64,000 nt of DNA, taken from assembly GCA_965235115.1 (NCBI GenBank), contig OZ249450.1, positions 19,468,001 through 19,532,000 on the forward strand, given 5' to 3'. Below are positions 25,621 to 50,499 of this stretch, in pieces (the stretch's first letter is position 1; each line of letters begins with the position of its first letter). Below the pieces are notes generated by a model that saw only the letters and a list, made by a program, of their open reading frames with translations, was not told where the DNA came from and searched no databases. The position numbers were made by a program, and so were the translations under genes. This stretch comes from Laetmonice hystrix (taxonomy: Eukaryota).

Positions 25621-28600
25621 CAGAGTGTGAATGAAAGTGTATTGATCATAAAGATGTGAAAATTGTATGCATGTTGTGTGAGTGGAAACAATAAAATATA
25701 TAACATTCACAATCTTTCAATGGATTATTCTGTTTTGACTGATCTTTGGATATGTACACTCGAAAACCTTTGAAGTTCTATTTTGGCTGGGGGTGGGGGG
25801 TTCAAAATAGACGAATGATTCGCCCTCACCCTTAGTGTAGATGTCACGGGTTCGTAACTGGCAGCAGGTTAAATTAGCAGACCTTTCTAATTTGTTGGGC
25901 ACTGCTGTATGGCAGTCGTTGCAGAATGCAGGTTCCCAAAACGTGCCCAGTCTACAGCTGTCCAACACAGCGTCGATGTTATAGTCCTCTTGATGCTATG
26001 TACGACAGATTGAGTCTAACACCGGGAGATGAGGCATGAGAATATTTTATTACCAAACAGACAAGGTGAAAATAGGTGACTAGTTCATACAGTACAAAGT
26101 AATCAATCAAACCAGTTGAATTCAAGCGAAGACGGATGATATAAAAATAAAATAAACACATTCACAGATTTTTCTCTGCATGCAACAAACACACGTCCAA
26201 ATTTGTTGGAAAAAGGTAAAAAACGAGTGGAAAATATGTTGTAAATACAGCTACCAGCAGAGATATGTACCAAGGTAGAAAACAAGTTTTTGGTAACTAA
26301 AACACAGCTTTGACACAGATTTGTAGAAAGCTGATAAGATCAAAACTTACTCTCAAGTGTTCCTTAATGATAATAATAAGGTTTAACAGGTTTAGAAACC
26401 AACCTGATTTAAAATAACAAAGTTAAAATATTTAAAATAATGCCCCTTTAGTTACAAATGCATGTACGGGACCGGTTCTACTGATAATACCCTGGTGGCT
26501 GCCAGAAAAACTAACCTTGGTCAGACACACTATCACTAACGGCTAACGATGCCTGAGTGTAAAGTTTTGATCCCTCAGAAATACGAGTCGAAAAGACACT
26601 GAAAGATGTCTATACAAGTATACATTATAAAGCGCCTAACTAATACCAATGACCTACCATACATTTTGAGGACCTAACATGCCAATGTAGATTCGATATA
26701 TTTAGCACCTTTAAATGATAACCGTTATCGCCTATGCTATTTGCGCCGTGCCCTTACTAAGAGTTTATGCCCATTTTGTAAATGATACACGTCATATACG
26801 TTAAACCTTCAAGAGCCTTTGTAACCACAACGTTTAAATTATATCCAAATGAACTTTATCATGGTAAACTGCCCGTCTCGTATCTCAGGAGAGAGCTTTA
26901 CAAATTAAACTGTCAAATTATCATTCATAATAACAGAAGTTGGTCGAATGGACATCATGAACCGTTGGTACGCAAGGAATTGTAAGGCACCTGAAGAAAG
27001 TAAGTCCATAAAGAGACTGCTTCCCAAAGCTTCCATAAAATACACATACGGTATTAAACATTGAAATCCCTGACAGAGCAGAGGGTAGGCCTACTTTACG
27101 GACATTATTTTACTGATAGTTTGAATACATTCCTTCTAAAGCCGCACTTTTGTCGTCCTTACGATTTGTGAGTGCTCAGGATTAGGGATCAATGCCAAGG
27201 TTTCAGATCAGTCGCTGATCGTTGATTTCAGTGATGACAACAATCAGTGATCGATCTGCGACCTTTTCCAGGATCGCCAATCCTGGGCAATGACCGATCG
27301 TAAGGGCTACGTGAACAGCCTTTGCTACAGCCAATCTACAAAACTTGTTATTTTGATTCACATCATTCACACGTGATGGGTGAATTTCTCCCAGTACATC
27401 GCAGCACACCTTGTCTATGTCGAGTTCAACATAGAGAGTTTTATAAATTCAATACATCTAGGTGAATAGCACTCCTCGACTACAAGCTAACTTTCTATGT
27501 GCCCCCATGTACAGTCATAGATACAGTGCTACCATTGTCGCGAGCTGGGAGAAATAAATACATTGTACCAGGAGTATGACCCACAGACATGGTTCAAGGT
27601 CAGGTCAGGTGTGTGTGTGTTTGGAGCTGAGCTGGGGTGGGTAGTAATAAATCCTCAAGTGTCTTTAAATCCTTAAATCCTCATGATATTCTTCTAATGA
27701 TTCTCTACCATTTTTTTGTCGTTTTATTATACGTGTTGTGCATTTCAATGTAGCATGACAATATTAGTATGAATTTAGTAAATTATTTAAAGGCCCTGAT
27801 GAACAATGATAAACACTCCTGATAATTTCTAGTGTATTTGATATTTTGATCCTGGCACTTTTTTTTCTGGTGACAACGTCAATTTAGCAAAAGTTCTTTT
27901 TTATCTGAACATGTCAAATAACTCCTGGAAGACAGAATATACCTAGCTAGTTATCCCATGTAAGAAACGCCCTGATTATACCCGATTATAAAATATGGAT
28001 CAGATAAACTGTCATACCTGTCAAGTTTTACCCCTAACGTCAGAGATTCGTTTCCATAGTAATGTTATGACTTTCCAAGATAACATGTTTTTCACGATGT
28101 TCAAATAACATTATGGTTATAGAAATTCTGATATATGCCACGCCATTATGATAATTTGTACATTAATGACAATGCCACGTTTAATACCACATTTGTTTCA
28201 GTCAGGAATCGTATTTAAGTCTTGTAACGTTTCTTCCTAATACATGGGTGGATTCAACTGTTCAAGATATCAAATTTCTCCCCTCATTTCTACGTGTAGG
28301 ATTCTTAACCTGTGAGTTCGTTAATTTCCAGATACTTTAGACCAATCTTACGTTCTAAATTCAATGATAACTGCACATTCTGATACAAAGACACAATATT
28401 CTGTTAAAAGATATAACGTCTTTCCATGGCACATTCGCCAAGGCCAAAAAAATCACTCATCCAACAATGTTTGTAAAATTTCTCAAAATTGTGAACCCCT
28501 TTTTGTTTTTGGCAACCATTTCTTCTTTCATATTTTGACAATGAAGCAAAATCCGGGAGCACAGAATGTCTTAAAGCATTATTTAAAACTATAACATGAC

Positions 28601-28852
28601 CATATATGCATGTACAATGTATTGTAAATGTATGACACAGTTTGGTACATGTAGTGAGCATTTTTACATCATCCACAAGAGGAGACCGAGAGTATGTTAC
28701 ACAAACAACCAACATCTTTCTACAGTCATGAAAACCTGCTGTTGAAAGGGAGATTGTTTAAATTGATGGTTTGGCCCATTAAGTGTCCAAACTTATTGAT
28801 ATTCAGAGTAGCACAGCCAGTCGCTGTAAGCTGTGAGCTGGTAGACTTCTGA

Positions 28853-31511
28853 CTAGAACTTGGTGTGTTCTGTCACCTCAACATGCGCGCCTCCTGGGGA
28901 GGCTGGCTTCTCTCTGTAAACCAACAAATTCAATCAGTTAACAAGCTGGGATCACAACGCCAAGAATACTGGGTAAATATTTCAACACCAATTAAAGTTT
29001 CCTTATGAGGGCTAAATCAAATTAGTTAAATGGGTTTTAAAAGGATTGTTGTACAATACGTGTATGTTAGTGTGTAACTTACCCGGCAGGTGGCGCCGAT
29101 GGTACGACCGTGTTGGAGCCACTAGAGGGCCCTGTAGTTCCCGTACTCAGCTGGGAGTAGACGGCTGATGAGGGCGGTTGTTGTGGGTAGGGGGCTTGGC
29201 CGTAGGCGTACTGTGGAGGTTTAAACTGGAACCGGGGCACAGGAGAACACAGTCAGGACAAGGCGAAATTTCTGGAGCTAATCAAGGTTCTATCATATTA
29301 ATTGGACGAACACTTGACATAACATTATATTTCACCCCATTTAGAAAGAGAACCAGAATCACTGATGGGCACCTGACCCCCCCCCCCCCAGGCCGTCAGT
29401 GACATTTGTCAATACTAAATGTGGGAGCTAGTATAACGTAAAACTGATGGTGTTCTCCGATTCGATTGGACGAAAAGGTTTACACTGTCAGCGATGTGTA
29501 AATGTCAGAAAGCGTGTACATGATGTCCACAGAGGTGTACTTACTGCAGGCCTGTATGTGTGGTCACCGGTGACACGTTTGTAGACACAGCGGAGAATCA
29601 CAAAAAACACAATACCAATCGCTGCCAAGATCGCACCTATCAACAACAGGGCCAGACCCGTGTATGCGAGCCCTCTGGAAACAAATTAAGATAAATAAAT
29701 ACTTTTCCAGGGTATTGAGATGGCATTATTATAAACTGATATGGATCATTTTGTAGTTCAGTTAACTGAAATACATCGGCGAGCCCAGTACCTGGTGCCA
29801 AAGGATTTGTCCTGGGAGAGAGTGGAGGGGATTTGGAGTTGGGTCCCCCCCCCCTACATGGTATTTCAAAAGTTTGAAAAGTACTTCAGAAAATCAGTCC
29901 AAGAGCCCAGTATATGGTGCCAAAGAATTTGTCCTGGTCTAATGAAAAAGATTTGGCTTTCTTAACCTGGCTTTGGCTTTAGTGCCCCGTGTAAACATTC
30001 GAAGCTCATTTCTGGGGTTCTGATTGGATGGTTTCACTTGACCATCCAATCGGAATTAGGTTTTCCATCTCAAGATTGCCAGGCGTTTGTTTCTCACCCG
30101 TTTCCTACCTCTGCCATGCTGATAAATCTCCCCAGTATTTTGAGAAGTGTACACGAAGTTTCCTACCTTTGCCATGCTGATTGAATCTCCCCAGTATTTT
30201 GAGAAGTTTCCAAGAAGTTTCCTACCTTTGTCATGCTGATTGAATCTCCCCAGTATTTTGAGAAGTGTACACGAAGTTTCCTACCTTTGCCATGCTGATG
30301 AATCTCCCCAGTATTTTGAGAAGTTTACAAGAAGTTTCCTACCTTTGCCATGCTGATGAATCTCCCCAGTATTTTGAGAAGTTTACAAGAAGTTTCCTAC
30401 CTTTGCCATGCTGATGAATCTCCCCAGTATTTTGAGAAGTTTACAAGAAGTTTCCTACCTTTGCCATGCTGATTGAATCTCCCCAGTATTTTGAGAAGTT
30501 TACAAGAAGTTTCCTACCTTTGCCATGCTGATAAATCTCCCCAGTATTTTGAGAAGTGTACAAGAAGTTTCCTACCTTTGCCATGCTGATGAATCTCCCC
30601 AGTATTTTGAGAAGTCTACAAGAACTTTCCTATCTTTGCCATGCTGATGAATCTCCCCAGTATTTTGAGAAGTCTACAAGAACTTTCCTATCTTTGCCAT
30701 GCTGATGAATCTCCCCAGTATTTTGAGAAGTCTACAAGAAGTTTCCTACCTTTGCCATGCTGATGAATCTCCCCAGTATTTTGAGAAGTCTACAAGAACT
30801 TTCCTATCTTTGCCATGCTGATGAATCTCCCCAGTATTTTGAGAAGTCTACAAGAACTTTCCTATCTTTGCCATGCTGATGAATCTCCCCAGTATTTTGA
30901 GAAGTCTACAAGAAGTTTCCTACCTTTGCCATGCTGATGAATCTCCCCAATATTTTGAGAAGTGTACACGAAGTTTCCTACCTTTGCCATGCTGATTGAA
31001 TCTCCCCAATATTTTGAGAAGTGTACACGAAGTTTCCTACCTTTGCCATGCTGATGAATCTCCCCAATATTTTGAGAAGTGTACACGAAGTTTCCTACCT
31101 TTGCCATGCTGATTGAATCTCCCCAGTATTTTGAGAAGTGTACAAGAAGTTTCCTACCTTTGCCATGCTGATAAATCTCCCCAGTATTTTGAGAAGTTTC
31201 CAAGAAGTTTCCTACCTTTGCCATGCTGATTGAATCTCCCCAGTATTTTGAGAAGTTTCCAAGAAGTTTCCTACCTTTGCCATGCTGATGAATCTCCCCA
31301 GTATTTTGAGAAGTTTACAAGAAGTTTCCTACCTTTGCCATGCTGATGAATCTCCCCAGTATTTTGAGAAGTGTACAAGAAGTGCGATCGCAACAATCAG
31401 GAAGAGGAGGCCCGTGAGAAACCACCAGATTCCACAGCAACATATCTTCTTCACTTTTTTCCTTATCTTCTTCTTCTCGCTGTCTATCGAACCTTCTATG
31501 TCCTTCGACAT
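28853..31511 (-). CDS. Uncharacterised 170-aa two-pass membrane protein with Pro/Gln/Tyr-rich C-tail; coding exons 31511-31333, 29674-29545, 29225-29083, 28913-28853
   Basis: The four exons join in frame (179+130+143+61=513 nt) with canonical sites (AG|gtagga, GCA|gtaagt, GG|gtaagt). Protein: MSKDIEGSIDSEKKKIRKKVKKICCCGIWWFLTGLLFLIVAIALLVHFSKYWGDSSAWQ|RGLAYTGLALLLIGAILAAIGIVFFVILRCVYKRVTGDHTYRPA|FKPPQYAYGQAPYPQQPP...SAPPA|GEKPASPGGAHVEVTEHTKF*. Probable 5'UTR donor (TTG|gtgagt) near 32115. Confidence 0.85.
30100..31381. repeat. Minisatellite, 58/59-bp unit, about 22 copies, derived from an exon end plus 5' splice site
   Basis: Minus-strand unit ...CTTCTCAAAATACTGGGGAGATTCATCAGCATGGCAAAG|GTAGGAAACTT...; the first copy is the coding end of exon 31511-31333. 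Confidence 0.96.
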
Positions 31512-31648
31512 GATGGCACACTGGCAACGTTCTACCTCAGATTAGGAATGATTCTGGAAAAACAATTGATTTGAGTGCATGTTAAAGTTGAGAAAAATTC
31601 AGTAAAAATGGCAAGGATATGTTAGAAAGATACAGGTACCAAAGCCCT

Positions 31649-31797
31649 GGGCCCGGTTTCAGAAAGGTTAGCATCTTAACTTAAGCTCTGCTTAAGACCT
31701 CTGATTGGCTGGTCCTCTGCTGCTCAACTTCAACCAGCCAATGAGAGGCTCCAAGCAGAACTTAACTTAAGATCCTAATCTTTTTAAAACCGGCTCT
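31649..31797. mobile_element. Palindromic MITE (Harbinger-like ends)
   Basis: GGGCCCGGTTTCAGAAAGGTTAG...CTAATCTTTTTAAAACCGGCTC, with internal inverted CTGATTGGCTGGT / ACCAGCCAATGAG. Confidence 0.65.
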
Positions 31798-33701
31798 TTC
31801 ATTGACTAAAGCTACCGAAATGGGCCATGCATTCTCAAAACGAAACGGTAGACTAAGAGAGAAAGAGCGTATATTTTGTGGCTTTATCCTGTATATTAAC
31901 TGTTGGTATCGTTGTGTTCACAGGGACATGTATGGCCTCTTCCTGGAACTGGTGAACACAATGGTTCTATTGTATGGTGGTCGGCACATTGGCAACCACC
32001 GACCCCAACGTGTTTCGGTCTGCAGCAGTCTGTCTTCACTGGAGGGAGGGACTTCCGACCGCAGTATTATGGGATGGCGGCAGTGGGCGGCCAGGCCGGC
32101 AGGGTCACTCACCAATATCACAGACCGCCGGTAGCTGGCCACCCGACACTCAAGCTTGTACCTTGCCTGATGTGAGACCAAACAGGTCTTACTACATGGT
32201 GAGAACTACTCCACACACATCATGTCTATGTTTCGGTTGGTTTGCTGTTCGTTTACGGTTGTTTGTTTCTTCAATTATCATCTTATCACCTTTTAGGTTT
32301 TGAACAATTTTCTCTAGATTTACTTAATTTTACTTCTCTCTTTTTTATTAAAGTTTTACAAATATATGCTGATAACTTGATAAATATGAGGTTCCTGAGA
32401 TTTGTCTTATCAATTTCAAACCGAGGAACATGTTGGTTGGTCCAAAAACTATTTCGCTTACTAATTCTGCCTGCTCTCTGTCCATTTACCCCCCGGGGGT
32501 GATAATGTTGTCACTGTCAGATTAGTGAATGTCATCCACCACAAGCAGCGTTACCGATCTATGGATTCACCGTATTCACAGTCCCTCATCTACACATCCA
32601 CAATAGTGAAAACTATTTTTTAGACAATTCATCTAATTTATATTCATCTCTTTATTTTCTTAAATATTATTTTTCAAAACACCCGGTAGCATTCCTAACA
32701 CCTTAATGAGAGATTCATTTCCATCAATTAATATCGTAACTCTTTCTGGGATTCCATCAAAATGTCAACCCAGACAGAAGATAAACATCTTTATTTCAAA
32801 ACTTGCAGAGTTTTTTTTAAAAATTCATGTAGTAGTTGATGAAAAGGTCAGAATAAATAATATTTAGGAAGCCACAAGCGTAATTAGTCTGTATGGGAGG
32901 TCAACGAACATAAAACGTCTCAAAGTTAAGGTTATTCTCGCTTGACTTGAGATTGGGGAGTAAGTTGTCTTCTCATTAAACGACGGTTTCAGGATACAGG
33001 AGTGTACTGAGATGTTATTTGTCAACTACTTCCTGAATAGTCATGCTAATCCAAGTCTTTCTTCTGTACATCATAAGTTCTCGATCACACAGTGCGGTTT
33101 TTATGTCTCCTAAAAACTGATAACAATCCACACGCTTCTGTCAGGAATCTTTTGGTAAAGTATAAAATGTAGGCCACCTGAATGTTTATAACAACTCTCC
33201 AGGTATGAGCCGTCTGTGAGTGTTTCATGGATAGAGTTCATGTGTTTCTTTCAAATTAAATACCTTTCAATATTTGAGGCCTAAACTAAGCCTAAAATAG
33301 GGGTATGGATGTTAGCATTCCAGACGCCTGTACGTGTTGTGAAGCACAAACAGGCTCGGCCTGCCCTCACATTAACCAGTGTGGTCTACAATAAGTTTCA
33401 TATTACCCAGGGGGTGACTGACCGGCAAACTGAAGGAGACTTAGTATTTGTCAACACTGGAGACCGCCAGGATAACAATAGCTAGGGGAGTATGACTCCT
33501 GCGTCTAGTTGTAAACATCAACTCCACAATGAAACCTTGACTGATGAATTCTCATGACTACATACATGTGTACTCCATGGTGTAGATGTAATTATATAAC
33601 AAACAGATTAATGATAAATTGTTAAGTAGTGTCCTGAGGACAGTGCGATACTTACTGGAAATCACATCTCATCGCTTTATTTGGTAACACTCACCACCTT
33701 G

Positions 33702-33827
33702 GGTTATTCCCCCATGATAACTTTCCCACAAAGTTTCTGGGGTTAGGGGGTAGGGATATGGTCAGGGCCATAGATCTTTACTTTCGACCAAATTTGCTGG
33801 GGTTTAAGTTATCATGGGCGATGTACC
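33702..33827. mobile_element. Second copy of the CCCATGATAACTT-ended element (reverse orientation)
   Basis: GGTTATTCCCCCATGATAACTT ... AAGTTATCATGGGCGATGTACC. Confidence 0.8.
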
Positions 33828-36747
33828 CGACCTTGTAGGACTCATATAGTACTCATCTTCCCGCCATCTGCACCCCCGCCCCCACTCTTTTCTTGTCACA
33901 TAAATGGGATCCTAATCACTGAGAAACTTGCTGGCCACCACAGGCCGTACCTGTAGGTGTGTGTGTGTGCTGGGACACACACCCCTGCACACACACACCT
34001 TGGCTGTCAGCTGTCTCCACCACACCGCCCACACACCCCTCCCACTCAGCTGCCGTGCGTGGTTGACTCTACCTGAACAGTACGGCTCAAATGTCAGCTT
34101 CCTGTCTTACAAAATATAAGGTAGCAAGCAGCACTGGGGACGCGTCGTGACTGACATATTTAAGGCCACGCCCACTCTCTCTTTGATAGGCTCACAGTAT
34201 GTGATCAGCACAGCTTTTCCCCCTCATAATTCTTGGAATATAAAATTTAAATTTCTTGGAAATACAGTAGCCAAATTATCACCAATTTTATAAATTGACT
34301 CGGATTATTTGAGCATAACCATGCCACCTTCCTCCAATTTGGTACTCAGCAGGTTTTTCAAACAACTCAGGGGTGTTTGACCGTCGGGTCGAGGGCCTGA
34401 ACCCCTGAAGTGGCTGCCTGATTTTCACAACCGAACGTATGGTATCACACCTGACAAACATCGGATTTTCAGGATCAGTGCTATAAAATATGTATACAGC
34501 CTGCAGACAGCTGAGGCTGACATTAAATTCAGGATGCCCAGTGGCCACACATCCTGGAAATCCTGGGGAAAAACACTGTCATGGAGAGTCATGGAAAAGT
34601 GGAATTTTCCAAAAAGTCATTGAATGGTAAAATGCAAAGCAAAAAGTCATGGAATTGATGATCATGTAGCAACATATTCTCGTGTAATTTGTTGTCCCTG
34701 GCTGTGTCAGTCTTCCAACCGTGTTCAGATCTGCATTTACTTCTGGTGTAGTAAAGTGGGTGGATTGGATGGCTGTAAGCGGAGGAGGAGGAGGCCATCT
34801 TTAGCGGTAAGAAGTGAAATCAAATAGCCATGTAAAATAGTTAATTCATTATGGAAAAGTCACGGAATTGATTTATCAGATTTCTGCGGTAACCCTGAAA
34901 TTATACCTTGTCAAATAATGTCAACAGATATTGAATTATTAACTAACCAGAGGACTAATTTTTTTGTTAACGACAGGACATATTGGGAGAAAATTTGCAA
35001 TATCATGTGTGACTTTTTTTGTCCACCACAGCCAACTGAAACTGGCCGGGTGTCCAGTTGATCTGTTGATTCAATACTGACACTAGCAGTGTCTCTAGTG
35101 TTACCTGAGGCTGTACCAACGGCTGCCTCAACTGTGGTGAGTGGGTGTGACCATCTCAGTGCCTCACCCTGCTGGGGTCAGTGATGTGGCTACAATCACA
35201 GACTGGCTAACACAGTAATGTGGGCACCTTCCCCTGTGGGCTCATACACCCACACCCCAGTGATGTGGGCATCCTCCCACGCCAGCTAACAGTCACACGG
35301 GCCCCTGCGTGAGTACCTCTCCCTGCCTCAGTTAACACCTGACAATTCTGATGAGGGTGTAGACTACAGACTTTCTATTTTGGTGTTCAGGCCAAATTAC
35401 CATGTCACACCCTGTCATGGTGGGGAATGCCTCGGGTTACATATATAGCTTGTTGGAATTTCAATCTGACAGAGGATGTCTGGCTGGGCCTACAGTAAGT
35501 AGTCTTCACCTATTTGGAATTAGTTCAATTTTGGAAGAAGGTGCCTGGCCTAATTACACTGGGTGCTGGTATGGGGACTATAGTGGCTGGGGGCGGGGAG
35601 AGAACTCGGTGACTGCCAGCCCAGCCTTCACGGTTCACTGGCCCAGTTTGGGGTGGGATTTAGACAGAGCTGATATCATTATCAGGGATGGAGATGCAAA
35701 AGTTGTACACGTAGTAGCCAGTGTCAGTGAATATAGAATATTATGACTTCTATGAAGCTTGGGCCTTGGCCATTTCCTGGATTTCCAGGGGCCAGGCCTG
35801 GATTTTGTCATTATCAAACATTGTGCTTTTTTTTTATTTCAACAGAACAGAATTTTTCGTTTCGCCTTGCCTAATCCTAGGCCTAGCCTAGGCAAGGGCC
35901 TGAAATTATTGAATTTTTAGAAATAGGCCAGCTAAGCCTATAAGTAGGCCTTATAAATAAAAGGCGGTCAGATTCTCTCAGAGCTGTTTACCTCCCCCCC
36001 CCCCACCCCATCAAGTCCCAATCTCAATGCAATCTTTAAATTATCTGCCCTGTCTTTTAACACAATAACAGTCATAAGTTGTAGAAAATATGGGCGATAT
36101 TAGGTGCCGTACCCTGGTGTACACTAAGTGGGCCAGCGGTGTTGTCTCAGGCCGCTCCACCATCCCTCCCTCCCCCAGAGCGGTATGTCTACAGCCGTGT
36201 CAGACCCAGGGCGTGGTGCCCGGCCGACGGACCGTCCGGCCGACATCACGGCCCGCTCGCTCGGCGGTCTTCCCTGCCCCTCCCCGCCCGTCGCTACCTC
36301 CGAGACACAGCCTCTGGCTCATAGCACTGGCATGTTGTTACTGCTTGGACTGACACCCACATCGCACTGTTTAGGATACAGTTTCTAGGCCCCTATAGTG
36401 TAGAATACCATTCATATGTTGTACAACGACAGTTTTTGATCTCTGTCCCGTACAAAAGATGAGCCCCCTCCCCGTCCGCGGGGCGCCACTGTCTGTGGGG
36501 CCGGGCCCGAGGCATTTGATTTACAAGACAGTAGACGATTTGCAAAACCCGGGCGTGTAACATAAGATATCCAGATTTACCTACCTGTCTTCAGCCTTAT
36601 ATTCCTTTGAAGTTTCTACAGAGTTGACAGCCTAGACACCTCCCCGCATCCTTCAAACCTGCCACCGGGTCTCGAATCACATCAAGTGCCTGTCACTTTC
36701 CCCACACGATCTTCCGCCGAGTGGAGCTCAGTCTACCACGCCAACAG

Positions 36748-37820
36748 CCGACTGTAGCGCCACATGCGGCCACTGATGGCACTGAATAGGGTGCTGCCAT
36801 CTATCGTTTTAACTCTGAACTAATATTGAGTTCCAAGTCAAAACGATAGATGGCAGCACCCTTTCCGTGCCATCTTGCGGGAATTAGGGAACTAATCACG
36901 ATTCATCGGCAGCGGTGGAACTTCGCTTCGGTTCGGCACTTTAAACGTTCATAGCGACGAACGAAATAATACTTATCGCGTGTCAAGAGGGAGTTAAGAA
37001 GTCAATGGTTGAAATGATGATTGGATGCCCTGCAGATTCTAAGTGAATTGTCAAGGGAATCGTGTCGAACGTGTGTTGTTGATGTAATAAAGTCATTTCA
37101 GCTTTCAAGGTTTCATAAAAGTGCCGCCAGCAGGCGCTGGTGTATATTGACCGTTCCGAAAATGGGTGGCACGTTGGTGTATTGTGGGTGGGGCCTAACA
37201 AAACGACCACTCCAGGCAGAGTAGCTTATAGCATAGTTGGCAACTCTACCGCTTTGTGTTAGGTATGTGTTTTACGTCACAATATTATACGTCCATATTA
37301 TTATATTAAAACCGTATATTGTGTTCTCATGCCCCCCTAGTCTCCCAATTTAAATAGCCACAAAGACTCTCACCCTTTCAGAGGCAGAACACAACTAGAA
37401 GTCATGAGGAGAAGCTGTAGGAATCAACATCACTACCCAAAACCCCCATTATACGGGATTGCCTACTGGGAGACCCTCCCCTGCAGTGGCAGGCCATCGA
37501 GGGTCGCCACAATATTTTTGCAGTTGTCGGTAGGCCTTTGCTATAGATTCTCTAGGCCTATATTATACGGTATATCGCCCATGATAACTTAAACCTCACG
37601 AAATTTGATGGAAAGTAAAGATCCATGGCCCTGACCTTATCCCTAACCCCTAACCCCAGTCCCTACACCTCCCAAAACATATCCCTATCCTATCCCTTTC
37701 CCTATCCCTGACCTTAACCCTAACCCCTGCCCAAACATTTCGTGGAAAGTTATCATGGGGGAAGAACCATATTAGACCGAACGCCGAGGAATTTCTGACC
37801 AAAAAGGAGGCCCGGAAAGG
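36748..37820. mobile_element. Interspersed repeat copy 2, interrupted by the 200-bp element at 37569-37768
   Basis: Matches 18688-19560 on both sides of the insertion (...GTTGTCGGTAGGCCT / CCGAACGCCGAGGAATTTCTGACCAAAAAGG). Confidence 0.8.
37569..37768. mobile_element. Short non-autonomous DNA element (MITE/HINE-like) with imperfect 22-bp terminal inverted repeats and a CCCTA(A/T)-rich core
   Basis: Ends GGTATATCGCCCATGATAACTT ... AAGTTATCATGGGGGAAGAACC; the same family recurs at 33702-33827, 62384-62541 and 60786-61659. Confidence 0.8.
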
Positions 37821-38710
37821 TCAGAGTGCTGATCTGTGTAATAATGTGAGGACAATGCAGGAATATTTTTATCAGGGGAATTGAATTTTGACAACCCCAA
37901 AAGGTCCAGAAGTTGGGAGGCGGAGTATGTCGGAAAGAAAAGTCCACAATTTTGGATGCTTTTGTGACCTCTGAGCCATACGCCAGGGAGAAAGGTCAAT
38001 AACTTTGGATCTTTTGTCAAATATCTGGACCTCTGACCCAGTGGCTTACAAAAAGGGCCTCAATTTTGGATCTTTTGTGAAATTCTGGAGGTCTAAACCA
38101 CCCCAAGTTTTTATTTAAGAAAGGTCCAAAATCTCAAATGCCCCCCTTGGAGATTAAAAAAAATATCCCTGCAATGGTAGTGTGTGGGGTTCTAGAGATA
38201 GGCCTAAAGAGAAGCTTTAAATCGTATTTATTACATTTGTATCATAAATATAGAAAATGATCATAAAAAGCTTGTGTATAAAATGTAGGCCCGATATTTT
38301 TCGAATCTATTTGAGGTGGAGAGTCTGGCCTCAGGCGGTCCTGACTAATCTGTAAAATGTTAGCGACCTTCATAATGGTCGTTCTGCTCGGTTGAGTACG
38401 GCGACCCTCTTGCGTCGCTGCGATTAATGTGACCTAGTTTTAAGTCCATTAGTGATGCCGCAGAAACTCCCGGAAGAACAGTGGGCCGCCAGGTTTGATA
38501 CAAATCAGGTGAGTCTATATGGAGGCTAAGGCCTTTTGTTCCAAACTGAGTGAAAGCAACATCTGTGGGGCTATGAGTAGAGTCTCTGGTTACAAACTAT
38601 AAGACTACTATAAGAGTCACATTGGAAGCTGTGCGTGTGATGGGATGGTACCGACCATTAGCATACTGTCACTAAGGTAACCTTGAGAACCAAATGAAGC
38701 TATAGTCGCC

Positions 38711-50088
<11,378 letters not shown>

Positions 50089-50389
50089 CGTTACATAACG
50101 TCATCATGCTATTGACATTCATAAAACGTCATTGACATAAAAACGTTCCTTTTCATGTATACTTTAAAAGATGTCAATGACGTCATTATGACGTCATACG
50201 TCAGGCTACATCATAAATGTTGTTGTCAATCGAAAGAGCATAGTATGACTTCCTATTTGTGTTCAGTAGTAACTATGGCTCTATCTTGCACGGTTATAAC
50301 AGTTATACACATTCCGTTAATACTCTCTGGCCAGTGTGCCAGCCCACCGCCACATTCCGTTTTCAAGCATGGCCCGCCCGGTTTTAAAA

Positions 50390-50499
50390 CACCAGGGGGC
50401 AGCACCCCTGGTGTCCGCCAGGGGGCAGCACCCCTGGTGTCCGCCAGGGGGCAGCACACACCCATACCCTACCGTGGAGCTATACGGCGCCACCTGTTG
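50390..50499 (+). promoter_or_regulatory. Cluster of CTCF-like motifs (three tandem CC(G/A)CCAGGGGGCAGCA at 26-bp period plus one reverse site)
   Basis: Direct match to the known CTCF core CCASYAGRKGGCRS; reverse site CAACAGGTGGCGCC at 50486-50499. Confidence 0.55.

Noticed and set aside
29083-29135. CTCF-like motifs CCGGCAGGTGGCGC and CCACTAGAGGGC
   Set aside because: They lie within a coding exon (PSSG...SAPPAG codons), so codon content can explain them.
37640-37735. CCCTAA-like runs as interstitial telomere
   Set aside because: They are short, degenerate and confined to the core of a dispersed element family.
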